Shown in pieces: positions 1 to 9,320 of a stretch of 64,000 bases of DNA (the first letter of the stretch is position 1; the number at the start of each line of letters is the position of its first letter). The stretch is from contig JBDHKN010000008.1 in the NCBI GenBank assembly GCA_039586365.1, forward strand, positions 26,721-90,720. The letters run 5' to 3'. The notes under the pieces are model-generated. The model ran no database searches, was not told the DNA's origin, and was given only the letters and a program-made list of their open reading frames with translations. Made by a program: the position numbers and the translations under genes. Source of the DNA: Gemmatimonadota bacterium (GTDB lineage Bacteria > Gemmatimonadota > Gemmatimonadetes > Gemmatimonadales > GWC2-71-9).

Positions 1-1
1 T

Positions 2-973
2 CTCGACAAGCTGGAGTCCATACCGGGCTTCCGCACAGATCTCCGCATCGCTAGAGCTCGCGAGCAGGTTGAACGCATTGGGTGTGCCTTGATCGCACAG
101 ACTGAGGAGATCGTGCCAGCAGATCGGAAGTTGTACGCTCTACGTAATGCCACCGCGACCATCGAAGCAATTCCTCTAATGGCAGCTAGCATCATGTCCA
201 AGAAACTGGCAGAGGACCTCAACGGCTTGGTGCTTGACATCAAACGGGGAAGTGGGGCGTTCCTCCCTGAGCTGAAGGACGGCCTGGATCTCGCTCAGAC
301 GATGGTGGCACTGGGAGAGAATCGGGGATGTCCTACCGTCGCCCTCGTGACCGCGATGGATCGACCACTCGGTAGTGCGTGTGGTAATGCACTTGAGACC
401 TTGGAAGCGATCAGAGCACTACGAGGGGATGGACCAGCTGACCTGCTGGAGATCGTTTACGCCCTTGGGGTTGAGATGCTCCTGCTTGCAGGTCTGGAGA
501 AGGATGGTGTAGGTGCTCGGCGAAAGCTCGAGCAGGCCCTGGGATCGGGCGCAGCCGCCGAGAAGTTTGCTGCCATCGTTGAAGCTCAGGAGGGGGATCC
601 CCAGGTGCTCGAGAAACCCGACATGCTACCGCAAGCTCGACTTCGGGAAGACTATGTTGCTCCACAATCCGGATATGTCACCCGGGTGGATCCGCGGCGC
701 ATAGGACGGGCTGTGGTAGAGCTGGGGGGGGGGCGGCAGACTACCGCAGACGCGATCGACCACTCTGTCGGCTTTGTGATCACCGCTAGACCGGGTGACT
801 CAGTCGCTGGAGGTGAGCCCCTCGCAACGGTTCATGCGCGGAATGGCGCGGGTATTGCCCTGGGTATGAGAACGCTACAGCAGGCCATTGTGATCAAGTC
901 AAGTCCGGGTGGCGTAATCACCCCGCTTGTGTCTCATCGTGTCACCAAGGATGGGGTGGAGACCGTGAATTAA
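2..973 (+). CDS. deoA: Thymidine/pyrimidine-nucleoside phosphorylase, 5'-truncated by the window edge
   Basis: Frame open from position 2 (LDKLESIPGF); motifs PADRKLYALR, SIMSKK, LVLDIKRGSGAF, LGGGR. Confidence 0.92.
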   Translation, partial: LDKLESIPGFRTDLRIARAREQVERIGCALIAQTEEIVPADRKLYALRNATATIEAIPLMAASIMSKKLAEDLNGLVLDIKRGSGAFLPELKDGLDLAQTMVALGENRGCPTVALVTAMDRPLGSACGNALETLEAIRALRGDGPADLLEIVYALGVEMLLLAGLEKDGVGARRKLEQALGSGAAAEKFAAIVEAQEGDPQVLEKPDMLPQARLREDYVAPQSGYVTRVDPRRIGRAVVELGGGRQTTADAIDHSVGFVITARPGDSVAGGEPLATVHARNGAGIALGMRTLQQAIVIKSSPGGVITPLVSHRVTKDGVETVN

Positions 974-977
974 GACT

Positions 978-1223
978 TCAGTGTTCCCGATCCCGGGGAC
1001 GCCTGGGAACGCCAGGTCCCCAATCGGGCAACTCATCGTCGGCTTCCTCAGGGCTGATCGCTGCATCGAGGCTGGCGATCTCCTCCTCGGCTTCCGCGAG
1101 AATCTCGTGATCCAACTGCTCACCGTACCGACCACGGCGCCCATGGTCTGCCGGTTTCCTGGGTACAATCACGAACACCGCGAACACGAGTACGCAGATG
1201 AACAGGATGATTAGAAGTGGCAC
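978..1223 (-). CDS. Small hypothetical membrane-anchored protein with acidic tail
   Basis: N-terminal hydrophobic helix; abuts the arsC stop codon, consistent with an operon. Confidence 0.6.
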   Translation of the reverse strand: MPLLIILFICVLVFAVFVIVPRKPADHGRRGRYGEQLDHEILAEAEEEIASLDAAISPEEADDELPDWGPGVPRRPRDREH

Positions 1224-1661
1224 CTATCTCTTCCCCAGCTGTACATCCCAGAATGATGCCAGCTTCTGCTTGATATCGTCACGAACAGTACGGAACACGT
1301 CAAGCTGGTACCGGATCATGTCACCTTCGGCTGCCGGATCTGGGAGAGGCCAGTGGAGATGCTGCGTACCGGTGCTGATCGCAGGACACACTTCTTCTGA
1401 ACACAGTGTGACGACAACGTGGGCTTCATCGATAGGGATGTCTTCTATACCCTTGGAACGGTGGTGACTGATATCTATGTCGATTTCTCGCATTACCATG
1501 ATCGCAAGCGGGTGCACCATGTTCGGTTGGGTCCCAGCGCTGTAGATACGCCATCCGCTAGGCGCAGTGGCTCGCGCCAATCCCTCCGCCATCTGACTCC
1601 GCGCAGAATTGGCGACGCAAAGGAAGACGATCGTCGATGTGTGTTCGGAAGCGGACGTCAT
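1224..1661 (-). CDS. arsC: Arsenate reductase / LMW-PTPase family
   Basis: FLCVANSARSQMAEG P-loop, SAGT, VVTLC..C, HWPLPDP; start placed at ATG 1661. Confidence 0.88.
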   Translation of the reverse strand: MTSASEHTSTIVFLCVANSARSQMAEGLARATAPSGWRIYSAGTQPNMVHPLAIMVMREIDIDISHHRSKGIEDIPIDEAHVVVTLCSEEVCPAISTGTQHLHWPLPDPAAEGDMIRYQLDVFRTVRDDIKQKLASFWDVQLGKR

Positions 1662-1674
1662 AACGAGTGGAGAT

Positions 1675-2058
1675 CTAGATGTCGAGGTCGTCGAGAGGAT
1701 TCTCTGAGCGAACGAGGACCAAAATTGCAGCCTGCGGCACAACGAGATATCTCTTGTCCTCGAACGTTATCTCCACCGCGGCCTTGCGAAAGAAGAGTGC
1801 GTAGTCACCGATCCGTGCTTGCATGGGGACGAACCGCTGGTTGCTACTACCGATCTTCCAAGGTTCATCATCGAGTTGGGTTGGTTCTGGCAAGGGGGTC
1901 CCCGGGCCTGTCGCAATGATCCGGCCACTCTGCACTGCTTGCCGGTCGACTGCGGTTGGTGGAAGGTAGAGCCCCACGCTGGTTCTCTCTTCACCTTCCT
2001 CTGGAGTAACCAGAACTCGATCTCCCACAACGACAAGCTGCTTACGAGACTTCTTCAT
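1675..2058 (-). CDS. GroES-family co-chaperonin-like protein (long orphan variant)
   Basis: VVGDRVLV, GLYLP, GRIIATGPG, IGDYALF, AILV match the Cpn10 fold; no adjacent groEL. Confidence 0.8.
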   Translation of the reverse strand: MKKSRKQLVVVGDRVLVTPEEGEERTSVGLYLPPTAVDRQAVQSGRIIATGPGTPLPEPTQLDDEPWKIGSSNQRFVPMQARIGDYALFFRKAAVEITFEDKRYLVVPQAAILVLVRSENPLDDLDI

Positions 2059-2186
2059 GTGTTAAATGTAGCCGTTGGAGCGGACAGTAGGATAGACGTC
2101 CGCCGCGGATCTAGGGACGGCGGAAGCCGGCGACTTCTCACAGGGTGTGACGCGCCGGCTCCCCGCCCCGTCCTGGTTTCCTCAGG

Positions 2187-4232
2187 TTAGTCCTTATCGC
2201 TGATTGGCTGGTCCCTCTTCGGGTGCGCATGCTGCTCGAACCAGCCCCGCATGTACAGTTGGCTCCGCATGAAATTCGAGGGCTTGCTACTCGTGCCGTG
2301 CCACTCGTTCTTGAATCGAATCATCGCGGTGGGCACCTTGCGGATCTTCAACGCCTGATAGAATTCTTCGGTCTGTGATATCGGAGTGCGGAGGTCGTCT
2401 TCCCCCGTCATCAACATGGTCGGTGTTGTGACGTTGCCGACGTACATGAGGGGAGAACGCTGCAAGTGTTCCGCCGGGTCATCCCAAGGGAAATGGTCGA
2501 AGTTGCGGTACCAGCTCGAGCCATCAGTCGTTCCCACGAAGGAAATCCAGTCGATCACCGGATAGTTGGCCGACGCGGCAGCGAATCGGTCGGTGTGTCC
2601 AACGATCCAAGATGTCAGTACGCCTCCACCACTACCCCCATATACGAACATGTTGTCCGTATCGACGTAGCCGCGGTTCACGACCGTATCCACTCCGGCC
2701 ATGAGGTCGTCGAAGTCCTTACCTGGGTACGCTCGCTTGATGGCGTTACCGAATTGGCTGCCGTAACCCGAACTGCCGCGAGGGTTGGTGTAGAGGACAA
2801 CATATCCGTTCGCTGCGTGGTTCTGCCACGCGAAGTTGAACCCGACCCCGTACATACCGTGTGGGCCACCGTGAATCGTAAGGATCAGCGGATACTTCTC
2901 GGTGGGATCGAAGTCGGGTGGTTTGATGATCCATCCTTGGATACGGTAGTCGTCTACCGATGTGTACCATATTTCCTCTACCTCGCCAAGTTTGCGACCG
3001 TGGAGCACATCTCCATTCACGTCTGTGAGCCTCAGTATCTCCGGTCGGCGCACATCGAACGCCACTACGTCTCCCGGTTCGTGATAGCTGGAGAGAGTTC
3101 CCACCGCAATTCCCCGCTCTGATATCGCACTGACGGACAGGAGGTGATTTCCTTCGGTGACCTGGCGTACGTCTCCCGTTGTGCTGGCGAAGTACAGATT
3201 AGAAGTGCCCCGGTTACTCACGTTGAAATAGACGCCGCTGTTGTCGGAAGCCCACATGACGTTGCGAGGTGAACGGTCCAGATCTCCAGAGATCGTGCGT
3301 GGATCTGACCCGTCGATGTCCATCACGTAGAGTCTCGACTCTATGTAGGTGTCATCGGTCCAGTCGTAGCCCGTGTAGGCAACAAGCTGGCCGTCGGGTG
3401 ATACCGCTGGACTGCCGTCGGGGCCATGGCGCGTTGTGAGTGTGCGGATCGCCTTGGTGGATGCGTTCACCGCGTAGATCTCTGATTCGCGCCATTCATA
3501 CTCGGCATCCTCGACCCGAAGGCTTGAGAATACCAACTCTGAGCCATCGGGTGTCCACTCGGGAGATCCATGGTCCCAGCCACCGCTCGTGAGCTGCGTG
3601 GGGGTCCCACCACCGGCAGGTACCGCGAAGATCTGCTGGTAGGCGTCATCAATGTAGCCGCGACGATCACGCCGGTAGTTGAGTCGTGTCACGACCTTCG
3701 GGTCGGCAGTCCAGGTTGCACCGCCCGGCTGACCTGGGAGCTTCACCCGCCAGCCCTCGTCGCTGGGTATCCGCATGGTGAAGGCAATGCTCTCCCCGTC
3801 AGGCGACCACACGATGTCTCCCGGTGAGTGCTCGACGCGTGTAACCTGCGTGGTTGCACCTTCGGCATCCATCCATCTCACAAAAATCTGCGTTCCCTGA
3901 GGATCGCCACCACGCAAGAAAGCTATTCTGCCTCCGTCGGGTGACCACCTGGCCGACGATCCATTGGTCAAGAATCGGTTGCGACTGCCGTCGCTGTTCA
4001 TAATCCAAAGAGATGTATCCCACCGGTCGTTCATCTTGTCTATCCAGCGGCGCGTGTAGATGATCTGTTGCCCAGCCGGTGAAATTTGCGGGTCGGTAGC
4101 CCCCTCCCACTCCAAATACAGATCCAACGTGAGAAGCTCGCTCCCATCCTGCCGATCCTGAGCCGGCGCGCTCGACGCGAAGCCCATTAGCAGTAGAACG
4201 AAGCACACGGGGAAGACTCCATACCGGGACAT
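2187..4232 (-). CDS. Secreted S9 family peptidase (acylaminoacyl peptidase-like)
   Basis: Signal peptide, PD40/WD-like repeats (WSPDG), IHGGPH, GGSGGG nucleophile, DLRTP, EWHG. Confidence 0.92.
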   Translation of the reverse strand: MSRYGVFPVCFVLLLMGFASSAPAQDRQDGSELLTLDLYLEWEGATDPQISPAGQQIIYTRRWIDKMNDRWDTSLWIMNSDGSRNRFLTNGSSARWSPDGGRIAFLRGGDPQGTQIFVRWMDAEGATTQVTRVEHSPGDIVWSPDGESIAFTMRIPSDEGWRVKLPGQPGGATWTADPKVVTRLNYRRDRRGYIDDAYQQIFAVPAGGGTPTQLTSGGWDHGSPEWTPDGSELVFSSLRVEDAEYEWRESEIYAVNASTKAIRTLTTRHGPDGSPAVSPDGQLVAYTGYDWTDDTYIESRLYVMDIDGSDPRTISGDLDRSPRNVMWASDNSGVYFNVSNRGTSNLYFASTTGDVRQVTEGNHLLSVSAISERGIAVGTLSSYHEPGDVVAFDVRRPEILRLTDVNGDVLHGRKLGEVEEIWYTSVDDYRIQGWIIKPPDFDPTEKYPLILTIHGGPHGMYGVGFNFAWQNHAANGYVVLYTNPRGSSGYGSQFGNAIKRAYPGKDFDDLMAGVDTVVNRGYVDTDNMFVYGGSGGGVLTSWIVGHTDRFAAASANYPVIDWISFVGTTDGSSWYRNFDHFPWDDPAEHLQRSPLMYVGNVTTPTMLMTGEDDLRTPISQTEEFYQALKIRKVPTAMIRFKNEWHGTSSKPSNFMRSQLYMRGWFEQHAHPKRDQPISDKD

Positions 4233-4307
4233 GAGGCCTCCAACGAAACGGGTATTGCGGAGAGTATGTAGTGACGTGCAGTCGTCTGCAAGTGACTTTC
4301 TGGCTTC

Positions 4308-6905
4308 CTACTCACCCATCTCTCTGAGCACCATGAGCGGGGGTTTACGGAACACATCTCTGCTGCTGGCCAGTCCAATCGCTGCGGTCAACGCTGCCGT
4401 ACCCAGCCAGATAAATATTAGTGGAAGGGTGGGGGGGTGGAAGCTGAGTTCGAGTGCGAATGCAACGAACGCACCACCGGCAGCGCTCCCCAGTAGAATG
4501 CCGCTCAACCCTGCTAGCAACCCGAGCATTGCGTACTCCGTGAGGAGAATCTGCCGAATCTGCCGACCGCGCCCTCCCAACGTCTTGAGAAGAACGCTCT
4601 CCTTGATGCGCTGAAACCGAGATGTTGCGACTGCCCCGCCGAGGACGATTAGACCGCTGACGATGCTGAAAAGGGCCATGAAACGTACGGCGAAGCTCAC
4701 CGTGCTCAAGATCGAGTCGATAGATTCCTGCACGACGGCGAGATCTATGCCAGCGACGTTGGAAAAGGCTAGCACGAGGTCGCGCTGCAATTCGGCTCGG
4801 TGAATCGCACTCTCTGAACGGGTGACTGTGACGAAGGTCTGCGGCGCGTCGTCCAATGCACCTGGCTCGAAGACCACGAAGAAATTCAGGTTGAGTCGTG
4901 CCCAGTCCACCTCCCGCAGGTTGGCTACTTCGGTCTCGATCTGCACACCTTGGACGTCCCACGTGATCCGGTCCCCGATGCCGACTCTGAGATCTCTGGC
5001 GAGCTGCTGCTCAACCGATATGCGGTACACGTGTGCCGCCGCCCCTGGCTGGGCGGGCGGACGGCCGACCTGTTGCTCTTTTTCACCTTCTTGTCTCAAG
5101 TATCCGTTGTTCCACCAAGCGCCCTCCACCAACTTCTCTGAATCGACCAAGGAATCTCTGTATGTGTTGCTGTACTCTCTCTGCAGGGCCCAACGCGGAA
5201 CCCGGGGACCAGAGGTATCCGAGAGGATCTCCCTGACATTGCGCCCATTCAACTGAGATATCCTGGCCGGAACTATCGGTGTTGTGCTCAGAATTGGCAG
5301 ACCATGCGAAAGTATGAGCGACTCCACACTGTCGCGCTGATCCTTTTGAACATCGAACAGCACGAGATTGGGACGGTCGGGCGTCGCGTCCAGCGAGATC
5401 TGGCGCAACAGACTTCCTTGAACCACGTACACTGTGGTGATCAGGAACACACCGAATCCAACAGCTAGAGTGATGGCCACTGTCTGATTGTGGGGCCGGT
5501 AGAGGTTGGCGATGCCTTGGCGGTACACGTAGCTCGCTTTGCGGGGTAATAGTCGGCGGGTCGTCCGGATGAGGAACCAGGCAGACAGCCAAAGGAGCAG
5601 CGTGGTGCTGCCCAGGGCGACAGCGAAGGCCGCGCCCAGGGCTAGATCGGGGGCTTGCCAGATACTCAGGGCCACCATCGTCAGCACCACCGCGGCATGT
5701 GCGCTGAAGCGGAGCACACCGGGAGATCGCGCACTCTCGAATTCTCGCCGGAGCGCCTGAAGTGGTGCGATGTTCCTTACGGTCAGTAATGGCAGCAAGG
5801 CGAACATTACAGCAACCCAGACGCCTATCAGGAGGCCGGCGAATATGGCAGGCCATTCGACGGATACGTGAATCTCAACAGGCAGGAAATCGTGCAATAG
5901 GTCCGGGAGGCTTGCCTGAACCACGAGACCGAGAGCCACCCCGCTGGCTGCTCCGAGGACACCGAGCATTACGGCTTGGAGCAGGTAGATGGAGAAGACC
6001 ATCTGTTGTGAGGCCCCGAGACATCGCAGGATGGCTACCGTTGGGAGCTTCCCACGCACGAATACGTGTACAGCACTAGCCACACCGACGCCACCCAACA
6101 GCAGGGCAATCAAACCAACCATTCCCAGGAATCTCGCCATGAGATCCAGGACATTGGTGAAGTCCTGTTCGCGTTCGGTAGCCGTTTCGTAACGGACCTG
6201 CTCGGTCCGGAGCAGGTCTTCGTATGTCGCCAGGAAGGAATCCAGGCTACGTTGTTCCGCGAACTTGAAGAACGCGCGATACACAGTCCTACTGCCGAAA
6301 CCCAATAGGCCCGTCTCCTCCAGGTAAGCAGCAGCTATGTACACTCTGCCGCCGAGCGCCGTCAAAAAGCCGACATCTCCTGGGACCTTGGATAACAGGC
6401 CGTCGATCGTGAACCAGGCGTTCCCAATTGCGATGGTGTCACCTACAGCGGCATCGAGCTGCACCAGGACGGCTGGGTCGACCAATGCATTGCGGGCACT
6501 TTGTAGTTGTGTCCAGTGTCTCGGAGGCTCTGTCTCGATGGTTCCGTAGAAGGGGTAGGTACCCTCTACTGCTCGCACATCCACCAAGTGCGTGCGCTGA
6601 GAGTCAACCGCAAGCGCCATCGCAGCAAAGTTGGTGACGTAGGATACGATGATGTCGCCAGATACCGTCGAGTCGATCAACTCTTGGATCGGTGCCGGGA
6701 ACGGTCGGGTACTGCGCAGTTCCAGATCAGCGCCCAGCAGGCCCCGAGACTCGGCATGGATTGCATCTGTCACATTCGCCCGGAAGGAATTGATCGACAC
6801 GAGCGCCGCCACGCCTAGACCTATTGATCCCGCGTACAGGCCGAGCCGCCTTCTACTGGCTCGGCTCTCACGGCGGGCCATCGCGAGAATGAACGGAAGC
6901 TTCAT
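4308..6905 (-). CDS. ybbP: YbbP-like ABC transporter permease (duplicated FtsX/MacB)
   Basis: LLGADL, AILRCLGA, LLKTLG, REVDW..NFFVVF; downstream of ybbA. Confidence 0.88.
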   Translation of the reverse strand: MKLPFILAMARRESRASRRRLGLYAGSIGLGVAALVSINSFRANVTDAIHAESRGLLGADLELRSTRPFPAPIQELIDSTVSGDIIVSYVTNFAAMALAVDSQRTHLVDVRAVEGTYPFYGTIETEPPRHWTQLQSARNALVDPAVLVQLDAAVGDTIAIGNAWFTIDGLLSKVPGDVGFLTALGGRVYIAAAYLEETGLLGFGSRTVYRAFFKFAEQRSLDSFLATYEDLLRTEQVRYETATEREQDFTNVLDLMARFLGMVGLIALLLGGVGVASAVHVFVRGKLPTVAILRCLGASQQMVFSIYLLQAVMLGVLGAASGVALGLVVQASLPDLLHDFLPVEIHVSVEWPAIFAGLLIGVWVAVMFALLPLLTVRNIAPLQALRREFESARSPGVLRFSAHAAVVLTMVALSIWQAPDLALGAAFAVALGSTTLLLWLSAWFLIRTTRRLLPRKASYVYRQGIANLYRPHNQTVAITLAVGFGVFLITTVYVVQGSLLRQISLDATPDRPNLVLFDVQKDQRDSVESLILSHGLPILSTTPIVPARISQLNGRNVREILSDTSGPRVPRWALQREYSNTYRDSLVDSEKLVEGAWWNNGYLRQEGEKEQQVGRPPAQPGAAAHVYRISVEQQLARDLRVGIGDRITWDVQGVQIETEVANLREVDWARLNLNFFVVFEPGALDDAPQTFVTVTRSESAIHRAELQRDLVLAFSNVAGIDLAVVQESIDSILSTVSFAVRFMALFSIVSGLIVLGGAVATSRFQRIKESVLLKTLGGRGRQIRQILLTEYAMLGLLAGLSGILLGSAAGGAFVAFALELSFHPPTLPLIFIWLGTAALTAAIGLASSRDVFRKPPLMVLREMGE

Positions 6906-7603
6906 CCAGGTCGTGAACCTGGGTCTTCGACAATCCGACCGCCGGACAGCCGGATGATCCGACTGGCGTGGGAAGCCAGTTCGGTATCGTGGGTGACCAG
7001 TACGAGTGTCGTTCTCTCTTCGTTGTTCAACTGAACGAGAGAATCTATAACCGTGCGCCCCGTTTCGGCATCGAGGTTCCCAGTCGGCTCATCGGCGAAG
7101 AGTATCTTCGGCTCGTTTGCGAAGGCCCGTGCCAGGGCCACTCGCTGTTGTTCGCCTCCGGATAGCTGGGCGGGATAATGGTGCAACCTATCACCCAACC
7201 CAACACGTCCCAGGAGATTACGAGCCCGTTCCTCGGCTCCTTTGGCAGCACTTCCACTCAATGCTCGGCGGAGCTCAACTGGCACCAGCACGTTCTCCAG
7301 TGCGGTCAGCGTGGGTATCAGCTGGAAGTTCTGGAACACGAAACCGACCTTCTCGGCTCTGATCCGGGCCCGCTCATCCTCGTCGAGTGGATTGATATCC
7401 TGACCATCCAGTGCGACGCGGCCCGCGGTAGGGCGGTCCAGACCGGCGAGGAGCCCCAGCAGGGTCGTCTTACCACTTCCGGACGGTCCAACTATCGCGA
7501 CGAAGCCCTCCGGCTCAACGGTTAGATTGATATCCGTGAGTACCCGGAGTGGTCGGCCTAAGCTCGTGTAGGTTTGTTCCAAACCTTCTGCAACGATCAT
7601 CAT
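6902..7603 (-). CDS. ybbA: YbbA-like ABC transporter ATP-binding protein
   Basis: [27 protein letters not shown]; start at ATG 7603 or 7600. Confidence 0.9.
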   Translation of the reverse strand: MMIVAEGLEQTYTSLGRPLRVLTDINLTVEPEGFVAIVGPSGSGKTTLLGLLAGLDRPTAGRVALDGQDINPLDEDERARIRAEKVGFVFQNFQLIPTLTALENVLVPVELRRALSGSAAKGAEERARNLLGRVGLGDRLHHYPAQLSGGEQQRVALARAFANEPKILFADEPTGNLDAETGRTVIDSLVQLNNEERTTLVLVTHDTELASHASRIIRLSGGRIVEDPGSRPG

Positions 7604-8282
7604 GGCTCGTAAGATACTGCTAGTGACGGCTCTTCTCGTAACCGCTGTACACTGTCGTTCTGAGAACCGGCGGGCAGTCGCAGAGCGACCTGAGTTCGCT
7701 GAGCCCGGTCCTGTGGAAGCCAGACCCGTCATTCTGTTCGTGGGAACGAGCATAACCGCGGGCTACGGACTCGGTGTCGAGCAGGCGTTCCCCTCGCTCA
7801 TTCAAGCGGCCATGGATTCGGTTGGATTCGCGTTTCGGGTGGTGAACGCTGGAGAGAGCGGAAGTACGTCGGCTGGTGGCGTTCGGCGGATCGAATGGTT
7901 GCTGCACCAGCCGGTGCGTGTCTTGGTGCTCGAGTTAGGAGCGAACGACGGGCTGCGGGGTCAGGACATCGGAGCCATGAAGAGCAACCTGCAACTGATC
8001 ATCAATGAGACGAGGATGACACACCCTGACGCCAAGATAGTCGTGGCGGGGATGGAGGCGCCACCCAATATGGGGGTGGCGTATGCCACGGAGTTCCGGC
8101 AGGTCTTCGCTGACTTAGCTCGTGAGAACGACGCCATGCTGATCCCCTTCTTGTTGGATGGCGTGGCCGGAATTCCCGAACTGAACCAGGCCGATGGTAT
8201 CCATCCCACGGCACAAGGCCACCGAGTGATCGCCAAGAACGTCTGGGAAGTCTTGGGGCCACTACTCGAGCAACTCAACTAG
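7602..8282 (+). CDS. tesA: Arylesterase / acyl-CoA thioesterase I (SGNH/GDSL), possibly a lipoprotein
   Basis: GTSITAG, NAG.SG, LELGANDGLRG, DGIHP. Confidence 0.9.
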   Translation: MARKILLVTALLVTAVHCRSENRRAVAERPEFAEPGPVEARPVILFVGTSITAGYGLGVEQAFPSLIQAAMDSVGFAFRVVNAGESGSTSAGGVRRIEWLLHQPVRVLVLELGANDGLRGQDIGAMKSNLQLIINETRMTHPDAKIVVAGMEAPPNMGVAYATEFRQVFADLARENDAMLIPFLLDGVAGIPELNQADGIHPTAQGHRVIAKNVWEVLGPLLEQLN

Positions 8283-8528
8283 CGAGCTGCCAGGAAATCC
8301 TGCAATAGCCAGGAACCTCGGTTCGTCGCCAATCAGGTCCTGAGGCAGACACGATTGAGGAAAAACATCCCCGCGGAACCTTCATCGCAGGTCACTACGG
8401 TCGCGAGACTCGAAGGCACGAGGTTACGAACGCAGTGGGTCAAAGGATGGGCCGGGAGAAAACGGGGGCCTGACGTCCCTCGTTGCTGGCATTTGGGGGA
8501 ATCGTAAAGCAACACAACAGGAGGAGAC

Positions 8529-9149
8529 GTGAGCCTTCCAAGCAAGATAATCTGTGTCGGCCGTAACTACATGGACCATGCTGCGGAACTCGGAAATGTC
8601 GTACCGCAATACCCGCTGCTATTCCTGAAACCACCCTCGGCAATCATTGGTGACGGCGACGTGATACTGCTCCCGAGTGCATCCGGCCGCGTCGAGCATG
8701 AAGCCGAGATTGGGGTCGTCATCGGCCGACACCTGCGCCGTGTCAGCGAGAGCGAAGCCTTGGCTGGTGTTCGAGGCATTACCTGCCTCAATGATGTTAC
8801 CGCGCGGGATCTCCAGAAAGCTGACGGTCAGTGGACTCGGGCTAAGGGCTTCGACACATTTTGCCCGGTCGGTCCCCGGGTGGTACCAATGGCAGAGTTC
8901 TCAGATCTCGATGGAATCGAAGTGATAGGGCGGGTGAACGGAGTGGAGCGGCAACGTGGCAGATCCGGCGATATGGTGTTCAGTATTCCTAAGATCGTGT
9001 CCTACGTGTCACACGTGATGACACTGAATCCCGCTGACCTGCTAGCCACAGGTACGCCGGCTGGTGTCGGCCCGCTGCAGCCAGGAGACGCTGTCGAGGT
9101 CGAGATCCCCGGAGTCGGGGTGCTGAGGAATACCGTGAGCCGTGAGTAA
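8529..9149 (+). CDS. Fumarylacetoacetate hydrolase family protein
   Basis: KIICVGRNY, FLKP, EHEAE, NDVTARD, KGFDTFCP, TGTPAGVG; GGAGGAG RBS before GTG. Confidence 0.92.
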   Translation: MSLPSKIICVGRNYMDHAAELGNVVPQYPLLFLKPPSAIIGDGDVILLPSASGRVEHEAEIGVVIGRHLRRVSESEALAGVRGITCLNDVTARDLQKADGQWTRAKGFDTFCPVGPRVVPMAEFSDLDGIEVIGRVNGVERQRGRSGDMVFSIPKIVSYVSHVMTLNPADLLATGTPAGVGPLQPGDAVEVEIPGVGVLRNTVSRE

Positions 9150-9320
9150 TGAGCTGGAGTATGCTTGCATTGGACGGCTAGAAGAACGTGAGCTGGTGCT
9201 CGACTGCCGAGCACCCGCCGAGACTACTCTCGGCTCACCATTCTTGGTAGCTTTGCGCACGCCTGTGTTGTGAGGACGAGCCCGCTCCGAGTGAGCACGT
9301 CAACTACAAGGAGTCCATCC

